DNA of 50,076 nucleotides from an uncultured Gammaproteobacteria bacterium (GCA_964402425.1 CAYOCD010000007.1:1081-51156); one strand, 5' to 3'. Shown: positions 1 to 11,337, numbered from the stretch's first letter. Notes: generated from the sequence alone by a model not told the origin. Translations and numbers: made by a program.

Positions 1-2793
<2,793 letters not shown>

Positions 2794-3210
2794 ACAACCA
2801 CTCTTATTTAAGAGTGGTTCACTTCTTTGTGGTTTCTCTTATTCTGTTGATCTTCAATTGTAATGTTCGTGCGACCCTTGAAGGGTTTGCCGAAATCTGA
2901 ATGATTCAAGGATCTGTTCTGGCCTTGAGGCCAGAGATGAGCTGCTACGCGAGACGTAGAAACTCATCTCTAGGTTCAAGTTGTGTGTAGACAAGATAAA
3001 ACCGCCTTATGGGCGGTCTTCAAGCAACAAAATTGTTACGATGAAGATCGTCCTTTCTATTTGGTTTGCGTTACATGACGAACATATCCCCTTGTTCTCC
3101 GTAAGCTCCTTCTCCTCTCCATCCCATCAGCGGACCCATCTTCATGTGGGTCGATCAGCCAGACATTCTTGGGACAAAGAAGAAGAAACGTATTCGATTT
3201 AAGTGGTGGA

Positions 3211-3239
3211 AGTTTAACCGAACTCGTAAACCCTGTCAA
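3211..3239 (-). promoter_or_regulatory. sigma70 promoter for the stand-alone 23S rRNA
   Basis: TTGACA (3239-3234), 17 bp spacer, TAAACT (3216-3211) on the minus strand, pointing at the 23S. Confidence 0.75.
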
Positions 3240-3298
3240 GGGCTGTTATCCAAAAATAATCCACAGGGAAACCACGATCAGAATATTCCTTTTTTTAG

Positions 3299-3910
3299 CT
3301 AAAATACTATTTGATCAAAAGAAGAAATCCTCTTCCATGCCACATCATCTCTCTCATGTGGATAATCATGTTTCGCTCCTGATCTCACAATTCGATACAG
3401 CTTAATAGGAAGTCCTGCATCCACAACGGGATTTAATTCATTTGGACTGTCATCAACAAAAATAACGCGTGTTTCCATCTTTAAAACGTCCTTCAAATGT
3501 TCAACTTTATGCTTATCTGGCCCAGCAATACGAACCGGAGAAAAAAAGGATGCAATTCCGCTTTCTGCCACACGCCACAGCTGATTCCCTTCATCTCCAT
3601 ACGTAAGAAGTGAAAAGGAATGCGATTTATGGTGTTGAGATAAAAACATTGGAACATCAGGAAAGACATAGTCTTTCCCAAGCTCTTTTACATGTCCCAT
3701 CATTTCATTCATCAACTGTTGTGCAATCGAATCTGAGACCCCAAGAAGTTCCATGTGTCGCTGTAAAGTAAAACCTTTAACAAATAGACGCGCCCCAACA
3801 TCAATCGCTTTATTTCGATCAATTCCAATACCCACAAGTTTTTCTAACCAAAAATTCCAATATTTTGTTGTATTAGTAAGAGTATCATCAAAATCTGAAA
3901 CTAGATGCAT
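3299..3910 (-). CDS. HAD-superfamily hydrolase
   Basis: Motif I DFDDT, motif II T, motif III K, motif IV FVDDSPNE. Confidence 0.85.
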   Translation of the reverse strand: MHLVSDFDDTLTNTTKYWNFWLEKLVGIGIDRNKAIDVGARLFVKGFTLQRHMELLGVSDSIAQQLMNEMMGHVKELGKDYVFPDVPMFLSQHHKSHSFSLLTYGDEGNQLWRVAESGIASFFSPVRIAGPDKHKVEHLKDVLKMETRVIFVDDSPNELNPVVDAGLPIKLYRIVRSGAKHDYPHERDDVAWKRISSFDQIVF

Positions 3911-3914
3911 AGGA

Positions 3915-4553
3915 CTATTTCATGTTTTTGTATTGATCCTCAAGGTTCTGCCCGGGAGCATAATCAAAAGGTGTTTGTGCGATTTGCAAAATCGTTTCTT
4001 TTAAAACTGGATACTGTGCCCCCATATAATGATCATCTGTGGCGGTCTCGATCATTCTTGCTCGCAATTGATCTGCGAGTTTTCTCCCATGCTCGATCGG
4101 AACCAATTTATCATCAAGCGAATGAATAACGACGTATTCTCGCGCTTTCCACATGAGCACATCCGCATCTAAATCATCAACAAACAGTCGGCGTAACTCT
4201 GGACGAGATACTTTCCAAGGTGCAGCAACCAAAATGACCGCGCGAGGTGTTTCCGTCATTTCAACCATTTCTAGGTATTGCAAAATAGCAAGCGCTCCGA
4301 GCGAATGTCCAAGCAAAATATCTTCATTTTTTAAAAATCCAATCTCTTTTTTCATGACTTCCATGAGTGCTGGCATGTTGATTCCTTCCACAATTTCTGA
4401 ATCTGTGGGTGTTTCCGGATCTTTAGGAGGCATTTTTAATGGAAGTTCTGGTGCAATAACCTCAAAACCTGCCGCGTGAAGTTCGTCACGAAGCCAGGGG
4501 TGAAAATTCATGTTTGGATTGGCATTAAAGCCATGAACAAGGATGACGCGCAT
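3915..4553 (-). CDS. RBBP9/YdeN-family alpha/beta hydrolase
   Basis: ILVHG, GHSLG nucleophile elbow, HSLDD..VP, DHY; start moved to ATG MRVILVHG. Confidence 0.85.
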   Translation of the reverse strand: MRVILVHGFNANPNMNFHPWLRDELHAAGFEVIAPELPLKMPPKDPETPTDSEIVEGINMPALMEVMKKEIGFLKNEDILLGHSLGALAILQYLEMVEMTETPRAVILVAAPWKVSRPELRRLFVDDLDADVLMWKAREYVVIHSLDDKLVPIEHGRKLADQLRARMIETATDDHYMGAQYPVLKETILQIAQTPFDYAPGQNLEDQYKNMK

Positions 4554-4605
4554 AGGTATTTTTGTGGTCGAGCATACCAATCTTGAGGCTTTGTGTCGAG
4601 AACAG

Positions 4606-4634
4606 TTGACAAAAGATGAGTTTTATCGTTAACT
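4606..4634 (+). promoter_or_regulatory. putative sigma70 promoter
   Basis: TTGACA-17 bp-TTAACT, with GGAGGAGG RBS at 4669-4676. Confidence 0.5.
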
Positions 4635-4681
4635 AGCGGGCACCCTCATTTTTGAGTATGCCCATTTCGGAGGAGGTTTCC

Positions 4682-5539
4682 GTGGCAAAACGTCGTTGCA
4701 AAGGCGCGTACGTCCGGATTGTACTCCCGGACGAATTACGCGCTCTTCCGAACAATATTTACGAACTCATCTCTGAAGCATCTGAATTTGCTACTCTGAG
4801 AGCACATTCCATTTGGAGAATGTCAGAACAGCTTAGTGAAGAAACATTCAGAGAAGATCATGAACGATTCGCGGAAATCGCTGAAAAAAATAAAGGGCTA
4901 CACCACCTTCTCCTGGCGGTCTTTTACACAAAGATCCATCAAGAGCTAGAACCGAGAGTTCCTGTTCACAAAATGCGTATTCGTAATAAATTTCTTGTTG
5001 CCGCAATGGCACAACGAGAACTTTCACGCGCATGTCTTTCTCTGCAAGAAACAGATGCAAAGAATATTCAAAATATTGATATGACACATGTCGGCATCAG
5101 TGCCGTCACGTGGAAAACAAATTTTGTTGGTGCCCGATCTGTCGCGCGCGTCATTTGTGCGTTCATTCAAAAAGGCGCAGAGATTTTTTTCCCGATTGCC
5201 TATATAGATATCCAGCTACGTATTGATCTATTAGTTCGGTTATCACCCTCTGGGATCGGACTTTGTGTCCAAATTAAAACCGAACAACATTTAGACAACA
5301 TTCAACACCGCCTCATTCAAGAAGTTTCGTATAGTGAAGTAGAAAAACTTGCAACCAGCGACAAATATTTTTTGAACGGAGTGTCTGAATTCCGAAATAA
5401 CAACACAGGAACATGGCTTCCACTTGAAATCAAGATTGGAAGCATTCCGTACACCCAGACAACCGTTCATCCACCCGAAGTAATTCTGAGCGCCTTCGAT
5501 GTGATGATCCAAAATCTCATTACCCAAACAATCGCCTAA
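4682..5539 (+). CDS. hypothetical protein with a possible C-terminal PD-(D/E)xK nuclease-like domain
   Basis: Long ORF; GTG start after GGAGGAGG; motif RIDLLV...LCVQIK. Confidence 0.6.
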   Translation: MAKRRCKGAYVRIVLPDELRALPNNIYELISEASEFATLRAHSIWRMSEQLSEETFREDHERFAEIAEKNKGLHHLLLAVFYTKIHQELEPRVPVHKMRIRNKFLVAAMAQRELSRACLSLQETDAKNIQNIDMTHVGISAVTWKTNFVGARSVARVICAFIQKGAEIFFPIAYIDIQLRIDLLVRLSPSGIGLCVQIKTEQHLDNIQHRLIQEVSYSEVEKLATSDKYFLNGVSEFRNNNTGTWLPLEIKIGSIPYTQTTVHPPEVILSAFDVMIQNLITQTIA

Positions 5540-5565
5540 AACGCTTCCACCAGAAGCGTTTTTTT
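5538..5565 (+). terminator. intrinsic terminator
   Basis: aaaacgcttc-cacca-gaagcgttttttt. Confidence 0.7.
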
Positions 5566-5574
5566 CTTACCCAA

Positions 5575-5603
5575 TTGAAAAAAACATGTACGTCGAGTAC
5601 ACT
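5575..5603 (+). promoter_or_regulatory. putative promoter for tRNA-Leu(TAG) and its hairpin leader
   Basis: TTGAAA-17 bp-TACACT. Confidence 0.55.
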
Positions 5604-5618
5604 CCAAACAAGAAACGT

Positions 5619-5746
5619 CATAAAACTTTCAAAATTGGATGGATTGCGAAGTTCTGGAGCCAAAAATATTGTGAAAGGTATCATAAAATACCTTGAACAA
5701 TTTTTTGGCGAAAGACAAGCAAGCCGCCAATTTTGGAAGTTTTATG
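5619..5746 (+). repeat. 128-nt hairpin element with 20-bp terminal inverted repeats abutting the tRNA-Leu 5' end
   Basis: cataaaactttcaaaattgg (5619-5638) pairs with ccaattttggaagttttatg (5727-5746), 19/20 plus one G-U; inner stems gccaaaaa/tttttggc and aaggtat/atacctt. Confidence 0.8.
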
Positions 5747-5830
5747 CGAGCGTGGCGGAATTGGTATACGCACTAGCCTTAGGAGCTAGCGGAGTAATCC
5801 ATGAGAGTTCGAGTCTCTCCGCTCGCACCA
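5746..5830 (+). tRNA. tRNA-Leu(TAG)
   Basis: Acceptor gcgagcg/cgctcgc, anticodon arm ctagc-ctTAGga-gctag, variable arm, GTTCGAG, encoded CCA. Confidence 0.97.
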
Positions 5831-5881
5831 ATACAAAAACAGATCAACCTTGCGTTGATCTGTTTTTGTATGATTAATCCA

Positions 5882-5910
5882 TTGACACAAACGGTGTTTT
5901 GACATACATT
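5882..5910 (+). promoter_or_regulatory. putative sigma70 promoter of the RHH gene pair
   Basis: TTGACA-17 bp-TACATT; second TTGACA at 5899-5904. Confidence 0.55.
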
Positions 5911-5945
5911 CCTTTCTCGCATTTGTCGCGAGTAATTAGGACATC

Positions 5946-6170
5946 ATGAGTACTGAAAAAATATTACACCGAGTACAATTTGATGCACCCCCATCAACCA
6001 TGACAATGCTCCTTGATCTAAAAACCAAAATGACAGCCTCCTCTTACAACGAGGTGCTAAGAGCGTCGCTTCGAGTTTTGAAAGAAATTCACGAGCTCGT
6101 TTCAAAAGGAAACAAGTTGTATGTAAAATCTCTTGATGGGGAGATGATTGAAATCAAATTCATTTTCTGA
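5946..6170 (+). CDS. ribbon-helix-helix (CopG-like) protein
   Basis: Strand RVQFDAP, helix, then SYNEVLRASL. Confidence 0.65.
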   Translation: MSTEKILHRVQFDAPPSTMTMLLDLKTKMTASSYNEVLRASLRVLKEIHELVSKGNKLYVKSLDGEMIEIKFIF

Positions 6171-6173
6171 ACA

Positions 6174-6419
6174 ATGGAAGAGGAGATCTTTGTGACAAGA
6201 ACAACAAAAACAAAAGATCGCACGCGTCTCAATTTAGAGCTTCCAAACACAACAATACAACGCATGGAAGATCTTTGTGTGCGTACAGAAGCAGAATCAA
6301 AGACAGAAGTTATCCGCCGCGCGTTACAGACTTACGAAGCTCTCTTGATCATGTCTGCCAAAGGCTCCATCATCCTTCGTCATGAAGATGGAACCGAAGA
6401 AAAAATTCTCTTCACCTGA
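6174..6419 (+). CDS. ribbon-helix-helix (CopG-like) protein
   Basis: RLNLELP...SKTEVIRRAL RHH pattern. Confidence 0.7.
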   Translation: MEEEIFVTRTTKTKDRTRLNLELPNTTIQRMEDLCVRTEAESKTEVIRRALQTYEALLIMSAKGSIILRHEDGTEEKILFT

Positions 6420-6473
6420 TTCGCGCAATGCGAATCTTTTTTTATTCATCTATTTCCATTACACTTCCTTCAT

Positions 6474-6689
6474 ATGATCAAGCTCGGAATCTATCGCCAT
6501 TACAAAGGGAATCTTTATGAAGTTCTTGGCGAAGCCAAACATTCTGAAACACTCGAACCCATGATTGTCTATCGTGCACAATATGGCGATCAAGAACTTT
6601 GGGTTCGCCCATTCGAAATGTTTGTTGAAGAAGTTCTGTTCGAAGGAACAATGCAACCACGTTTTCAATTTTTAGAACAACAAAAATAA
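6474..6689 (+). CDS. DUF1653-domain protein
   Basis: GIYRHYKGNLYEV...HSETLEPMIVYRAQYG..LWVRP signature. Confidence 0.9.
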   Translation: MIKLGIYRHYKGNLYEVLGEAKHSETLEPMIVYRAQYGDQELWVRPFEMFVEEVLFEGTMQPRFQFLEQQK

Positions 6690-6699
6690 TTATCAATCT

Positions 6700-6933
6700 A
6701 TGAATTTCCTCATTCAGGTGATTGGCTGGTCGGGAACAATCTTAGTTGTTATGGCCTACGTATTGGTTTCTAATAAAAAAGTCAGTAGCACAAGTACAAC
6801 TTATCAATGGTTAAATTTGCTTGGTGCCACAGGGATTGGTATCAATACATTTTTTTTGCACGCATGGCCATCATTTGCTCTTCAGCTCATATGGGGTGGC
6901 GTAGCCATTGCTGCGCTCATCAAGAAAAAATAA
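6700..6933 (+). CDS. small 3-TM membrane protein (CBU_0592-like)
   Basis: IGWSG, YQWLNLLGA, AWPSFALQLIW; three hydrophobic segments. Confidence 0.75.
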   Translation: MNFLIQVIGWSGTILVVMAYVLVSNKKVSSTSTTYQWLNLLGATGIGINTFFLHAWPSFALQLIWGGVAIAALIKKK

Positions 6934-6997
6934 TTTTATCCACAAACATACCATTGACAAACACAAAATTTTTTGATGAAATGTTTATACGAGAATT

Positions 6998-7038
6998 AAG
7001 AACTCCTGAATGATTAAATCATTTGGGAGTTCTTTTTT
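6998..7038 (+). terminator. intrinsic terminator-like hairpin
   Basis: aagaactcc...ggagttctttttt long stem. Confidence 0.6.
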
Positions 7039-7116
7039 GTTTTCGAGAAATCGGAAGCACGATCTGATCCGTCGTCTTCATTTGCGCAAGTGTTCATTCA
7101 CATTTTCATTGACCCT

Positions 7117-9696
7117 ATGAAACAAAATCGCACGTTGATTGTTATTTTCTCCCTCTGCGCGCTTGTGTTTGGATTTGTTCCAAATACCATACAGGCAACC
7201 ATGGCACCGGACGTCATCATTTCTGAAGTGATGTGGGCAGGTTCATCTGTATCTGCAGCAGACGAATGGATTGAACTTACAAACATGAGTAACCAACCCG
7301 TCGATGTTTCCGGATGGAGTCTTACGGGTGCATCAAGTGCCCCCATCATTTTTCCCGATAACAGCTTCATGGAACCACATACACCTTTTCTCATTTCAAA
7401 CTATGCGCACACAAACACCAACTCAACACTCAACACACAGTCGCAAATCGTCACGACCATGGTCTCACTCCCAAATGACAAACTCGCCCTTACGCTCACG
7501 GCACCGAATCGAGGCATGGTCGATTCCGCCGGCAACGGAGGAGCTCCTTTCGCAGGAACATCTGGCGGAACTGGAGATGCACTTCATGGACAATACCGAT
7601 CCATGGAACGAAGAGATTTCTTAATGGACGGTACGACAAAAGACGCGTGGACAGATGCAGATTCATCAAATGGATTTAAAGAATCCGCACTCGATCAAGG
7701 AACTCCCGGAAGTTTAAACGCTGATTTGCAATCTCTCCTCATTAACACGTCTACACCAACCACACCAATTGCTGTTGCGCCTGCAACTCCTATCGAACAA
7801 GAACAAATTTGTGAAGATGTCGCGATTGATCTTATCGCAACTGTCGCGCTCGAAGCGGACGTTATCCCTCAAGCAGAGCCAACATCTGACGAAATTCAAA
7901 CACTCACTCCAGCAGAACAACCCGCTTTGAATTCAATGGAACAAAATCCGCCACCACAAGGCACATTACGCATAAGCGAAATTTATTCGCATCCAGCAAC
8001 AGGAGAATCTGAATGGATCGAATTTGAAAACACATCTTCTTATCCAGTGACAACAAACGGATGGAATATGCTTGACGCAAGTGGCGCTTCTACTCTTCTT
8101 CCGGACGTCATTGTAAGTCCAGGAACATATCTCACAATCGAAAATCCAAAAGGTAAACTTAATAACGACAGTGACTCAGTCACCCTTAAAGATGCAAACG
8201 GATCTGTGATCGAATCCGTTCTCTATCATACAGATCTTGGAAATGTGCCGGATGTAAATGAATCTCTTGTTCGAATCAATGAGCAGACATTTGCTCTTAC
8301 GACAACACCAACAAAAAACACATCCAACACATTAACACCTCGCCCGCCAAAAACATCTTCTGTCTCAAATACAACAACGCAAGCAACCACAACTTCTGTT
8401 ACAGAAACGATTGCGACAAACACAGAAATCGTTTCATCGGTCCCTCACGAAACAGAACAACCAACAAAACCAGAAATCGTTACTGAACCTGAACCTTCAA
8501 AACCAATTCTTAAGACTCTTCGCCTTTCAGCATTCTATCCAAACACGGGCGGAAACGATCTAACAGATGAATACATTGAAATCGAAAATACAGGCGATCA
8601 ACCTGTTGTCCTTGATGGATGGAAGATCGTTGATGCGGGTGGAACCAAATTTACTTTTACAAAAGACACTCAAATTGCCGCATATACATTCCATCGTCTC
8701 CTTCGTCCTGAAACAAAAATCAGTCTAAATAATGACGGTGACACTGTTACGCTCATCGCCCCTGACGGATCGATCATTGATACACAAACATATGAACAAG
8801 CAAAAAGTCAGTTCGCATTCGCACGCTCAAACAACGTTTGGTCTTGGACGACAACAATTACGCCGAATGAACCAAGTGTGGTTTCGGAAAACAGCTCTGC
8901 GGTTTCAACAACATCTGAAACAAGAACACCTTCAACTCCAAACACTTCTCCAACCACACAATCCAGTGGGTCCATCTCTCCTTCTCTCGTAACCATCGAA
9001 GACGCAAAACTGCATGCGGATGGAACACGCATGAAAGTTCGAGGAGTCGTAACCGCTCTCCCAAACACGTTCAACTCACAAACCATGTACATCCAAGATG
9101 ACACAGGCGGAATTCAAATTTTCAAAAGTGATTGTCGCTTCCCAACACTCGCTCTTGGTCAATCGATTACCGTCACAGGTGTTCTCTCACACATCAACGG
9201 TGAGGCGCGTCTAAAAGTCATGAATCAAACATCTCTCACTGTTGGCTCAATCACAAATACCGTTTCACCGACTTCTGGAAATGTTTCTTCCATTGGTTCC
9301 CTCATGACCATTGCTGGAACCATTACATCAAAATCCGGAACACGACTTGCTCTTGATGTTGATGGAGAAACATGGAACGTAGATCTCCCAAAAACGAACA
9401 CAGCAACATATAAAAAAGGAGAATCTATCACAGTAAGTGGCATTCTTGCGAACGCAAAAAATGGTCCTGTCCTCAAAGCACGCTCAGAACAGGATGTAAC
9501 ACCGTTACCAAAAGCAGACACCAAACAATCCGTACCAAACATAACCGCCACAGAATCAACAGAACCAAAACAAACTCTCGCGATCGTTTTGATTCTTCTC
9601 TCATCACTCGCGTTCATTGGTCTTAAACTCCGACCACGCTTTTATGCATTCACACAATCCTATGGACGAAAGCCCTCTTTCCCTCCTCGAGCTTAA
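7117..9696 (+). CDS. secreted, membrane-anchored protein with three lamin-tail domains and OB-fold domains
   Basis: Signal peptide; three repeats of the type I(S)E..../E(W/Y)IE..N/GW...D/LNN..D; Thr/Pro/Ser linkers; VRGVVT..YIQDDTGGI OB-fold motif; C-terminal TM helix. Confidence 0.85.
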   Translation: MKQNRTLIVIFSLCALVFGFVPNTIQATMAPDVIISEVMWAGSSVSAADEWIELTNMSNQPVDVSGWSLTGASSAPIIFPDNSFMEPHTPFLISNYAHTNTNSTLNTQSQIVTTMVSLPNDKLALTLTAPNRGMVDSAGNGGAPFAGTSGGTGDALHGQYRSMERRDFLMDGTTKDAWTDADSSNGFKESALDQGTPGSLNADLQSLLINTSTPTTPIAVAPATPIEQEQICEDVAIDLIATVALEADVIPQAEPTSDEIQTLTPAEQPALNSMEQNPPPQGTLRISEIYSHPATGESEWIEFENTSSYPVTTNGWNMLDASGASTLLPDVIVSPGTYLTIENPKGKLNNDSDSVTLKDANGSVIESVLYHTDLGNVPDVNESLVRINEQTFALTTTPTKNTSNTLTPRPPKTSSVSNTTTQATTTSVTETIATNTEIVSSVPHETEQPTKPEIVTEPEPSKPILKTLRLSAFYPNTGGNDLTDEYIEIENTGDQPVVLDGWKIVDAGGTKFTFTKDTQIAAYTFHRLLRPETKISLNNDGDTVTLIAPDGSIIDTQTYEQAKSQFAFARSNNVWSWTTTITPNEPSVVSENSSAVSTTSETRTPSTPNTSPTTQSSGSISPSLVTIEDAKLHADGTRMKVRGVVTALPNTFNSQTMYIQDDTGGIQIFKSDCRFPTLALGQSITVTGVLSHINGEARLKVMNQTSLTVGSITNTVSPTSGNVSSIGSLMTIAGTITSKSGTRLALDVDGETWNVDLPKTNTATYKKGESITVSGILANAKNGPVLKARSEQDVTPLPKADTKQSVPNITATESTEPKQTLAIVLILLSSLAFIGLKLRPRFYAFTQSYGRKPSFPPRA

Positions 9697-9794
9697 AAAA
9701 CGACTTGAAGCACGCGCCTTTACGTACGGCGTTTCCTCGGCCGTTTCAACCCTCCTTGGAGAATACGTTTTAGAACTCTTAACCAAACCCTATT

Positions 9795-10016
9795 ATGTCC
9801 GACACACAAACAAAACCATGGTTTAACCAACTCAGACAAAAACTCACGGACATGGCAGAACAATTTGATCTCGATCCAATTCAATCCGAACAATTCCGCG
9901 AAACAATGTTTGGACTTTGCAAACAAGAATACATGCTCGGAAACAAATCCGGTATCGCCTGGGCATTCAAAAAAGCCGCAGAAAAACGCGGCAATTCACA
10001 AGCGGTCGCAGCGTGA
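9795..10016 (+). CDS. small hypothetical protein
   Basis: 73-aa ORF, co-oriented with its neighbours and filling the gap. Confidence 0.6.
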   Translation: MSDTQTKPWFNQLRQKLTDMAEQFDLDPIQSEQFRETMFGLCKQEYMLGNKSGIAWAFKKAAEKRGNSQAVAA

Positions 10017-10030
10017 TATAATCCATTTCT

Positions 10031-10414
10031 ATGGATAGAAATACACCCCTCACATTTGGACTCTTCGAAACCTACATGGATAAATTCCAAAGGTATCTTG
10101 AAGATCGATTCGAAAAAATTGGTGACCGATTTGATTCAATGGAACATCATTTGTCAGAGCAAATTGAAAATCTTGCGTTTGCCACAAAAACAGGATTCAA
10201 TGATATGGATAGGCAATTCCATGAAGTTCGTCAGGATGTTTCAGACATCAAACAAGACGTGACAATTTTGAAACAAGACGTTACTGTCATGAAGCAAGAT
10301 ATCTCGGTACTCAAAATCGATATGAAGGATTGCAAGCAATATATCCAAACATCTAGTATCGAATCAAGTTCAAATCGTGTGCGACTCCAAAATCTGGAAG
10401 CACACATTGCATAA
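10031..10414 (+). CDS. coiled-coil protein with heptad repeats
   Basis: Repeated KQDVxx(I/L/M) heptads; terminator follows. Confidence 0.75.
   Translation: MDRNTPLTFGLFETYMDKFQRYLEDRFEKIGDRFDSMEHHLSEQIENLAFATKTGFNDMDRQFHEVRQDVSDIKQDVTILKQDVTVMKQDISVLKIDMKDCKQYIQTSSIESSSNRVRLQNLEAHIA
10232..10315 (+). repeat. degenerate 21-nt tandem repeat x4, in frame
   Basis: caggatgtttcagacatcaaa / caagacgtgacaattttgaaa / caagacgttactgtcatgaag / caagatatctcggtactcaaa. Confidence 0.7.
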
Positions 10415-10416
10415 AC

Positions 10417-10449
10417 AAAAAGACTCGCCATTGCGGCGAGTCTTTTTTT
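10417..10449. terminator. bidirectional terminator
   Basis: aaaaagactcgcc-attgc-ggcgagtcttttttt between convergent genes. Confidence 0.8.
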
Positions 10450-11080
10450 ATTCAAGGGGTGGGAGATTAAAATCAACTTCAAGTTGTTTTCTTCGTGCAA
10501 CAACCGATGCAGAAGTTTTCTTTGCCAAAATATCTCTGCACACAAGCGCAGCCTGACGCATTTCATCAGAGCGTAAAAACGCGTCGTCAATTTTACAACG
10601 TTTTACAAGTTGTACTGCTCCAGAAGAATCTCCTCGCGTCATGGCAGCAAGTGAGACATCTTTCATTTTTCCTTGCATCTCTTCTGTTGCAAGTAACGCG
10701 TCCGGAATCTGAAAACGATCTATGATTCCAAATGCAGAAGATAATCGGTTTGCGGAAATCTCGGCAAGCGCCATATTCATGGCACTCGATTGCGTTTCTG
10801 GATTTGTATTAAATTCAGCCGTCTTCTCAGCACTCCAATCCCCCATCACAAGCGCAACATCTTCTGGATCATGTGCAATTTCTCCTGTCATCATTTTTTG
10901 CACAAACGCCTCTTCCGAGAGATTTAACCGCTTTGCTTTTTCAAGCAAAATTCCTCTTTGCCTACGCTCTTCTGCGTAAATTTCTTCTTCTGGAGACAAT
11001 TCTACTACTTCTACCTTTGTCTCTGGTACTGAAGCTGTCATTGCTTCGTCGGGCCGAAACCCAGATTCAGGATTATTCAT
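10448..11080 (-). CDS. hypothetical alpha-helical protein
   Basis: Start moved to ATG MNNPES because the longer ORF overlaps the tRNA; two similar units (RFQIPDALLATEEMQ / RCKIDDAFLRSDEMR). Confidence 0.7.
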   Translation of the reverse strand: MNNPESGFRPDEAMTASVPETKVEVVELSPEEEIYAEERRQRGILLEKAKRLNLSEEAFVQKMMTGEIAHDPEDVALVMGDWSAEKTAEFNTNPETQSSAMNMALAEISANRLSSAFGIIDRFQIPDALLATEEMQGKMKDVSLAAMTRGDSSGAVQLVKRCKIDDAFLRSDEMRQAALVCRDILAKKTSASVVARRKQLEVDFNLPPLE

Positions 11081-11106
11081 ATGAGAAAAATTATACAGGA
11101 ACAAAC

Positions 11107-11136
11107 AAAAACACCCAACCAAGGTTGAGTGTTTTT
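11107..11136 (-). terminator. terminator after tRNA-Gly
   Basis: aaaaacacccaacc-aa-ggttgagtgttttt. Confidence 0.65.
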
Positions 11137-11137
11137 G

Positions 11138-11212
11138 TGGAGCAGGAAACGGGATTCGAACCCGCGGCCTTCTCCTTGGCAAGGAGAAGCTCTACCCCTG
11201 AGCTATTCCTGC
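11138..11212 (-). tRNA. tRNA-Gly(GCC)
   Basis: gcaggaa/ttcctgc acceptor, tctcc-ttGCCaa-ggaga anticodon arm, GTTCGAATC, encoded CCA. Confidence 0.97.
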
Positions 11213-11337
11213 TAAAATCCTCAAAATTTGCGCCCAGCCAGCATGGCCCTGCGCTCCGCGTTCGAAGGACAAGTCGTCCATCTCACTTGCGGTGCTCGGT
11301 CTACACTGACTGTGCATCAAATTTTGAGAATTTTAGC
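11211..11337 (-). repeat. 127-nt hairpin element with 20-bp terminal inverted repeats abutting the tRNA-Gly 5' end
   Basis: gctaaaatcctcaaaatttg (11211-11230) vs caaattttgagaattttagc (11318-11337), 19/20 plus one G-U on the transcribed strand. Confidence 0.8.

Noticed and set aside
5575-5877. 100-aa ORF spanning tRNA-Leu
   Set aside because: It overlaps the tRNA, its promoter and the hairpin leader, and has no protein motif
6954-7040. Riboswitch upstream of the lamin-tail protein
   Set aside because: A TTGACA and a terminator-like hairpin are present, but there is no recognisable aptamer and no clear -10 box
10232-10315. CRISPR array
   Set aside because: Repeats are degenerate, in frame and have no spacers; no cas genes or true arrays were seen in the window
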